64,000 bases of DNA, from contig CT868352.1 of the NCBI GenBank assembly GCA_000165425.1, forward strand, positions 1 to 64,000, in the 5' to 3' direction. The DNA is from Paramecium tetraurelia (Eukaryota). The notes under the pieces are model-generated. The model was given only the letters and a program-made list of their open reading frames with translations. It was not told the origin of the DNA and made no database searches. This document shows positions 55,761 through 64,000 of the stretch, one piece after another. Position 1 is the first letter of the stretch, and the number at the start of each line of letters is the position of its first letter. The position numbers and the translations under genes were made by a program.

Positions 55761-56823
55761 TCACTTTTTCTTTATGAATTAATCTAATTGTTCAGCTTTA
55801 GTAAAATGAGTTTAGGCGGTTTAAGTGAAAACAGATCCATATATTTCTTTCTATCCAGGGATTTAATACTAAGGATTCAAGGGATTTGTGTATCGAACAT
55901 TAGGCAATCCTTTTTTCAATGAGCCTGATTTTGCAGCTAACAAATCAGCAAGACTATTGGTTTCACGATAATCTTTCCTATCTCCAGTCCTTAAGAATCG
56001 AGATGACAAAGATCCAGGTTGAGTGCCATCAATATCTTAAATCAGGAGACTTTGTCTTTGATCCTTCAGATAGAGTGGTTTACTTTGGCTGCCCTCAATA
56101 TTTCCTATAATAATTTTATTTCTAGAATATATAAAAAGCGATTACCCTTTTTCATCGTAATGTTCGTATGTAGGTTCAAGTGGATTGGAAATTCTGGTAG
56201 TTTTATGCAATAAATAATCGTTTATATCTTTTACATAGAGAGAGTCGATTTTATCTATGAGAAAATAATGGTAATCTGTACTTTTAGGCTGAAATCTCGG
56301 GATTTGATGAGATCCATAGATGTCTTCGTGTTCTGATTCTTTGATTATGAGTTTTTTATGAGTTTATTTGGGTTGAGCTCCTTGGATGTCATAAATGTTA
56401 TGAGCATCTCTGATAAACTTGGGTGGATCTGGTTGAGAGGCCATGAAAGTGGGGAGTTTATATTAAGGTTCGAGAGGATTTAGAGGTTGACGCGAAGTTT
56501 GGAATTTAACAATATTTGGTCTTGTGCCTTTGATGTCATCTAAAGCTAACTGTAGATCAGGTCTGTGGGATGGACGTATATTCGACTTGGATCTTGCGCC
56601 TTCTATGTCTTCGTTTTTGTTGATAAAATCTTCTTTATGATAATAATTGCATTTTTTGGCAACTGATCCTTCAATGTCATGATTATAGGATGTTTCTCTG
56701 GGAGTGAGGATTTGCTTTGAATTTTCTAATGAACTTGTTATAATAATTTGGGTTACTGATTGTTTGCAAATTCATGAGATCAGTGCGTTTAGGAAAGGGC
56801 CATTAGTAGGGATCAATACTCAT
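55761..56823 (-). CDS. Repeat protein with DIxG and NPLxPxY motifs
   Basis: DIEGS, DIEGA, DIKGTRP, DIQGAQP, DIYGS, NIEGS, DIDGTQP plus NPLEPQY, NPLEPTY, NPLNPQY. Confidence 0.8.
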
Positions 56824-56950
56824 TATGTTATATAAAATAATAATTATTATATATATATATATGATTATTAGACAACTAAGACTTTTCAATACATTAATCA
56901 GGCCGATTTAATTTCGATTTATCTTTTAATAAAAGAATAAAATTTTTAAG

Positions 56951-58699
56951 ATGTCAGATTAACCAGTTCAACCTCCAGAGTAGGGCGCAGAAGGAGAGTA
57001 AAAGTCAAAGAAATAATTACAAAGAGAAAAAAAGGAAGCAGAGAAGGCTTAGAAGAAGTAGGAGCACCAATAAGGTATTAATTGATGAATCTAAACATAG
57101 GTCAAAAGCAATAGCAATAATAACAATAGTAATAGGTAGTACAAGAGGAGGATAATTGTGTTGGAAGGTATGGAGATTTGAGTTTGATTCAATCACAAGA
57201 AAGAACACAGAGAAAATGGATCAAAGTCGGTGATATCGACTAAACTTTGGTGAATCAAGTAATTTTGGTTAGGGCCAGAATCCACAATTCAAGAGTCAAG
57301 GGAAAGTTGGCTTTCTTGGTTTTAAGAGAGAATTATAATACAATTTAAGTAGTGGCTGAAAAGGGTGAGTTTGCAAGTGCCCAAATGTTAAAGTATATGT
57401 CAGGAATTCCCCTTGAATCTGTAGTTGATATTGAAGCACTTGTGAAATAGCCAAATAAGGAGATCTTATCTTGCACCCAAAAAGTGGAATTGGAAGTGAG
57501 ATCAATCAAGGTAGTCACCAGGTCCTTACCTATGTTACCATTTTAAATTGAAGATGCCTCAAGAAGAATCACAGATTTCGAAGATGGAGTTTAAGAATAG
57601 AAATAAGAAGAACCTCAATAAAAATAAGAAGAAGTTTAATAAAAGTAAGAAAAATAGGATAAAACTGAAAAATAACAGATATAAGTCATGTTGAAAACAA
57701 GATTGGATAACAGAGTTATTGATCTCAGAACTCCTGCTAAATAAGCTATTTTCAGAGTGCAATCAGGTATTGGATTGTTGTTCAGAGAATTTTTGGTAGA
57801 AAATGGATTCATTGAAATCCATACACCAAAATTGATTGGAGGAACTTCTGAAGGTGGTACCAACGTATTTAAGTTGAAATATTTCAACTAAGATGCTTGC
57901 TTAGCATAATCTCCTCAATTATATAAATAAATGTGTTTGATGGCTGACTATGACAGAGTCTTCGAAGTAGCCCCTGTATTCAGAGCTGAGAATTCAAACA
58001 CACACAGACATTAATGTGAATTCATTAGTATGGATATTGAAATGGTTATCAAGGAACACTTTACTGAATTATTAGATTTAATGGGAGATTTGTGTATATA
58101 TATGTTCAAGGGAATTGAAAAGAGATACTAAAAGGAAATAGAAATCATTTCTCAATAATTCCCATTTGAACCATTCAAAATACCAGAACCAGTACTCAAA
58201 CTCACTTTCGAGGAAGGTGTCAAGATGTTACATGAAGCAGGTGTCAACCAAGACCCCCATGATGATTTAGATACTGTCAATGAGAAGACTCTTGGAAAAT
58301 TGGTCAGAGAAAAATATGGAACTGACTTTTACATTCTTCACAGATATCCAAAGAAGGCTAGACCATTTTATACTATGCCTTGTCATGATGATCCCAACTA
58401 CACTTTATCCTATGACTTTTTCATGAGAGGAGAGGAAATCGTTTCAGGAGCTTAGAGAGTGCATGACCCAGAACTCTTAATTAAACAAATTAAAGAGAAA
58501 GGAATTGCTGTTGAACCATTGAAGGATTACATTGACTCATTCAGGTATATAAGATGAAACTAATCATTTTAGATATGGTGCTTATCCTCACGGTGGATGT
58601 GCCTTTGGGTTAGAAAGAGTAGCATTTTTGTATTTCAATCTAAAGAATATCAGAAATGCATGTATGTTCCCAAGAGACCCTGTTAGATTGTTCCCTTGA
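56951..58699 (+). CDS. DARS1: Cytoplasmic aspartyl-tRNA synthetase
   Basis: [85 protein letters not shown]. Confidence 0.97.
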
Positions 58700-58736
58700 T
58701 ATAATGGTACATAAATATAAAAGAATAAAACATTCA

Positions 58737-60353
58737 TCATAAATCTGGTTATACAACAAATTATGAAATTAATTCAAATCCTTATCTCATTCTTTGGGTG
58801 TGATCTATTTGAATTTCTCTTACTGCACATTGCAAGAAAGAGACATACAGAAATCTTGAACAGTAATCCTTCTGATCTTATTCATTTTTTGTGTGGAATA
58901 ACAAAATCACAGTTGTCTTCGATGATTAAGCTCCTTATAATGATTCAAAATTATAGTCAGTATAATGTTGTTCATGAGTCACCAATAAATTAGATTCCAA
59001 GTATTCACTAATGATGATAATTAATAATAACTTACTGATCTATTTCTACAGGGTCATCTGAGATCACCAAATCGACTGAATTGTTTTTGTACTACGATTA
59101 ATATTCTCTGACCACTCCGTATGCGTTGTAATCTTGACCGAAAAAGGATCTGAAGGTTGAACTTTTTGCTTTGACCAAATGTTCGATATTTTATACAGCC
59201 TCTTAAAATAAAAAGGTATTGAACAAAGAGAAATCATACAAAGTATGAGATGCGATTATAATAACAATCAATTATTTTTCTTGAGCTTAAGTGATAATGT
59301 CAGTCAATTTCATCTCCTCCTCAAAATTGAAGATGTCCTTATTGAAATAATAAACAAGAGGGTAATTGTTATGATACATTAATGAAACAGTAGTTGCTGG
59401 ATGAATGATCAAGTAAGGCAATACAAAATGAGTGTTTTTAGACTTTTGAACTGCCATAAAGAGTGAAGAGGTGTGATTGTTGCCTAAACAAATGGGAATG
59501 CTTTAATTTTTATTATCATCTGATAATAATAGATTACTTGAATCATGTTTTCCTTCACATTTTTAAATGCATTTCCCATAATTGTTTAAGTAGAACTCTT
59601 AATATGATTAATTGATACTTCACTTTAACACTTGTAACAAGTTCCAATGATATGCATACACTCAGCACATCTGTCTTCACATTTCTTGCATATCTTTTCC
59701 TCTCTATTCATGTAATAACCACTTTCACATAATATTTCACTATATCTCGGATCCCTAGAACCTTCTTGGACTGTCTGTTCATTCTCTGTCTCATTCTTGT
59801 GTTTGAAATATTCTTTAATTTCATTATTTAATTAATCTGTTTATTTTTATAATTCTAAATTTATGGCTCTTTATTTATTTACCTTCAAAATCTATGCTAT
59901 TTTCTTCACCTTAACTCTCTTCTTCTTCATCTTCGTCATTAGTTGAGATATTCTATGTATCATTTTTAATTTCTGAATTTGTTTATGAATCATTCTTCAT
60001 CTTTACTACCTTTACCTTATCTTCAACTTTAACTTAATCTCCCTAGTAGTCCATTGTTTTTTCATTTTTATCAGGAATAACTTTAAATTAAAACACGTAT
60101 TACTTGTTTTATTCACTTTTGTGAAATTTAAAACTTTGTTTTTGCCATTTTTAATTTATTAATTGCCTGTTGAATCACTCTAAGCAATGTATATTAGAAT
60201 GGCACCAAGAAAAGTGACAATGACAATCCAGATTAATAATGTTTTTTAACTATGCCTAGGCTTTTCCTATCTCTTGACTACAATATCTAATTCTCCATCT
60301 TCATCTCCTATGTCCAAGGGGTGCTAATCGTTAGATATTGGCTTATAACTCAT
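58737..60353 (-). CDS. Type II membrane protein with acidic stalk and furin/EGF-like Cys-rich repeat
   Basis: Single TM LLIWIVIVTFLGAILIYIA near the N-terminus; CESGYY...CKKCEDRCAECMHIIGTCYKC; uncharacterised C-terminal domain. Confidence 0.7.
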
Positions 60354-60559
60354 CTTGAAGTTTATTAATTATAAAATTAATTCAATAAATTATTTCCAAT
60401 AACTTTCTCTTTGAGCAATCCTTTCCAGACATTATGAGATATTTATGTCCCTTCAAAGGTGATTTATTAATTCGAATAAACAATGATTGTGAATATAATA
60501 ACAATTAAAACATATTAGCAAATTAGTAAATGTATAATGACTATTTTCAATTTAAATAT

Positions 60560-61042
60560 TCATAATTTGTGAATCTTCTTTGTTATTTAGGTATTCCTCC
60601 TCTTTTTCTTCAATTTCCTTGGATTTGTAACATCAGGATATGCATAAAATTCCATATAATTGATCTCACCAGTTGTTATCTTTTTAAACTCTGCTATGTT
60701 CTTTAGTTGTATGATTCTCTTTTCTCCACTAATCAATTAATTAATATATTTGGCACAGTGCTTTTCCTTAGGTATCAAGGATATCTATGATTATTTAGAA
60801 AGTATTTCCAATCCTTGTTTGCAAGTGACAAACTTTTCGTCACTAAAACAGCATTTCTTAGTTTTGAGTGATTCATTCGATGTATCTTCGCCATTTTCAA
60901 ATTTAAGTCTTTTAGCTAACAAAGATGTTATCTCATCGACATCTACTGTCTCGATACTGCTTTCAAAATAAAAATCATCAATTGGTTAAGATTCTGTTTG
61001 TGGTTTCCTTCTGGATGGTACTATAATCTTTCTTTACAACAT
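60560..61042 (-). CDS. Hypothetical basic protein
   Basis: 161-codon intronless frame ending RKLKKKRRNTQITKKIHKL (NLS-like). Confidence 0.65.
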
Positions 61043-61231
61043 GCCAATTTTAATTTTAAATATTTATTACAAATTAGAATTCCATTAGTTTTATAAATCA
61101 TAAAATGAACACCTATGTTTTATATAATTAAATTTTTATATTTATTGTTTGCACCTGCTCATTCATCCAGCTGTCCATATTTGTAATAAATAAATACTAA
61201 ATACAAGCTTTTGTTATAAATATTAATTATA

Positions 61232-62930
61232 ATGATAATTATCCTGTGTTTATGCTTATTAATTGACCTTCAAAAATGCAATTAAGAAATTAATCATGAA
61301 AATAGAGTAAATTTATGAATATAATAGGCAGTCGATAACCCTCATATAGCAATATTATATGGTAATTCAACCTTGGGTTATTATTATATGAACATTTATA
61401 TTGGTGAGAATATGACAAAGCACAGTGTAATTGTAGATACTGGTAGTTAAGCAACAACAATCAACTGCAATCAATGCCATCAATGTGGACAACATTAAAA
61501 TCCTCCATACTCATTCAATGAGAAAAATTACAATAGCTCTGATTTAAGGATAGATTTCAATTGTTCCTCATTTGAAAATGATAGATGCAATTTCGCTTCT
61601 TATTATGTAGAGGGGAGCTCAATTGCAGGATTTTATTTTAAGGACAAGGTTTTAATAGGAGATGGATTGATTTAGTTAGATGATCGATATATTGAGTAAG
61701 AATCCTTTGAATCAATTCTTGGATGCACTTAATTTGAGACTGGATAATTATATCAATAGATGGCAGATGGTATATTCGGACTTGCACCCATTAATAATCA
61801 TTCTTAATATCCTCCAAGTTTAATAGATTTCATAGCCAAAAAAGATAAGGCATTATCTTTAAAGAGAAGATTCTCTATTTGCTTAAACGATGATTATGGT
61901 TACATCAGTGTTGGTGGATATGATTTATTGAGACAAGATCCAGATTTCAAAATAAATAAAATCAAATTCAAACCTACCTAGCAATACTAAGTAAACCTAA
62001 CCAAAATAGCTTTTGGAGATCAAACCTTCACTGTTAATAATAAGATTTACACTGGAGGTCAAGGTACATTTATTGATTCCGGAGCTACTATTTCTTACAT
62101 GGATCGTGAGATATATTCATAATTAGTGTAGTCCATCAAAGATCATTTTGAATTAAATAAAGCTCCAATAACAACTATACTTTAATCATAGGTTTGTTTT
62201 AAATTCACTCAGGATGTTTTAGATTAATATTCGTATTTCCCTACGATAAAATTTATTTTCGATGATGATGTCGAAATATATTGGAAACCATAGGAATATC
62301 TGAATATTCAAGAGAATTAGGTTTGCATAGGTGTAGAAAGATTATCAGATAGGGTTATTTTGGGGTAAAATTGGATGAGGAAAAAGGATATTCTCTTTGA
62401 TTTGGATTAATAAGAGATCTCTGTTGTATCCGCAAATTGCACTTTGGATTATTTCAAATTGTAGGTCATAAATACTTCTGATGATTAAACAGGTCAATAA
62501 AATCAGCCAGTTGTTAAAAATATTAGGTTACCAAGTCTGTTGAAATCAAGTATAAAAGAGGAAGAGGATGAGGAAGAGGTTGCTGAAGTGAAAGAGGATA
62601 AGATTGCTGAAGAGGATAAAGATAATGATACTGTTGAGGAAGAATAAAAGGAGGAGGATGAGCATTCATGGCTGGAGATATTGTTTTACATTTTCATTGT
62701 TGTTATTACATTAAAAGGTCTGATCTTCTTAGGACTTTACATTATGAAGAGATTGGGAGGGTATGTCTATTGTTTTTATGAACTTATTTAGTAATCTTTA
62801 CAGTTATGAGTAAAAACATGAGAAATTTTAGAAATTAAATAACTAAATTCACATGGAAGATGAAGATGAAAAAGAATCTACAGAACATAAGATTGAGTTA
62901 GTCATTCAATAAAGTGATATAATTGCTTGA
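61232..62930 (+). CDS. Membrane-anchored aspartic protease, plasmepsin V/ASP5-like (pepsin A1 family)
   Basis: Catalytic IVDTGS and FIDSGAT, CNQCHQCGQHQNPPY insert, YVEGSSIAGFYFKD, C-terminal TM; 21- and 31-nt introns. An alternative upstream ATG at 61105 is possible. Confidence 0.9.
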
Positions 62931-62975
62931 GTTATTTAACTATAAAAGTATTTGATATAATTAATTTGTAATTCA

Positions 62976-63561
62976 ATGATACCTAATACAAAGAGAGATT
63001 TAGTCGCCATTGAATATTTATAGCAAAATGTGTATCCTGGATTGTAACCAGCACTAATGAAGGTAATAGGAATGATTAGATTAGTTAATTGATCATGTAG
63101 TCAAATCAGATGAGGTTCGAAAACATTAGGAAAGACTAAAAAAAATAAAAATATTTGACAAGATTGAATAGAAACGAGTTGAAAAGGAGAGACTCAAAGC
63201 TGAACTTGGATCTGAGTATGAATCTTCAGAAGGATCTGTTGATTTGGATGAGATGGGTATTAATCAATCAGAGTTTCATAAATATATGAGCAAAGATCAA
63301 AAGGAGATCCAGTCCCCTTTGCCCATGGATGAGCAAGCCTAACAGGGGGGAGTGGAGGAGTAGACTTCTTAGGAACTCAAAAAGGACACTTTATTGTCAT
63401 TGGGAGAAATAAGGGAAGATCAAGAGGATGAGGATCAAGCAGATAAACATGAGTTGGAGAAAATGAAACAATACCTTCGATAACAAAGAGAAGAAATGTC
63501 ATTCAATCCTTTGCTTTTTCTAGCTCAATAGATTAGGGATATGATTGCTGCAAACAATTGA
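62976..63561 (+). CDS. Protein with split Dpy-30/RIIa-like docking motif
   Basis: 188 codons after a 22-nt intron; N-terminal EYLQQNVYPGLQPALMKL and C-terminal FNPLLFLAQQI. Confidence 0.7.
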
Positions 63562-63644
63562 GTAAAACAGATATATAAAATGTTTTTAATTATGATTAAA
63601 CATTATAAAACTAAGATTTTCAGGGACTTTATATTATAATTTTT

Positions 63645-64000
63645 ATGACTGAAAAGAAAACTACAGGTGATTATAATCGCTTACAGAACAGAAACAATCA
63701 ATTTAAAAAATGTTCTGATTGTCTAAATAATACTATCTCTAAAAATCCAATTGCAAACATCTTCTTAAAAATGGAATAAGCGTAATCCTATTTTTCAATC
63801 CTAGATTATGTTCCAGTTGCATCAACACCAATCTCTATGTTGTACCCAAAACTTAAGAATTTTCAGGAGCAGAAACATTCCCGTTTACTATCTATAGAAA
63901 AATATTATGCAAATTACATAAACACGAATAAAGATTGAAGTGTAAAGAATGCTCTATTTATTTAAACGAAAAAAATTATGCAAAGTGTCCTTTTTGTGAG
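63645..64000 (+). CDS. Cys-rich (zinc-binding) protein, 5' part only
   Basis: With a 23-nt intron near 63782: CSDC...CSSC...CKLH...CKEC...CPFC; runs off window. Confidence 0.5.

Noticed and set aside
57017..57887. Several hydrophobic minus-strand ORFs
   Set aside because: Antisense shadows of K/E/Q-rich AspRS coding sequence.

Overview
This is AT-rich, gene-dense eukaryotic DNA with the signature of a ciliate macronuclear chromosome, most likely Paramecium. Long genes read through TAA/TAG as Gln (translation table 6) and stop only at TGA. Introns are tiny (about 21-32 nt, GT..AG) and intergenic spacers are often under 60 nt. The supplied standard-code ORF track therefore shows only fragments or antisense shadows. 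Re-translating by hand gives about 40 protein-coding genes. Recognisable ones include Sec61-alpha, a CDPK, AK7, RPL37, WDR83/MORG1, a formin, a LITAF protein, a class-3 lipase, an NIF/SCP phosphatase, SBDS, mitochondrial L27, Asp-tRNA synthetase, a plasmepsin-V-like protease and TMEM222/RTE1; many others are coiled-coil or lineage-specific. No rRNA, tRNA, transposon, CRISPR or telomere was recognised. The most unusual items are: a tandem-dsRBM + DZF (NF90/NF45-like) protein with reversed domain order; an endosulfine-like protein with two FDSADY motifs; an NCKX-like exchanger with both ion-binding alpha-repeats degenerate; a Dpy-30-like motif split by about 130 aa; a CHORD-like domain with extra CxxC pairs; and a stand-alone Utp12-like domain. 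Gene boundaries are manual calls and domain assignments are by eye, not database hits.
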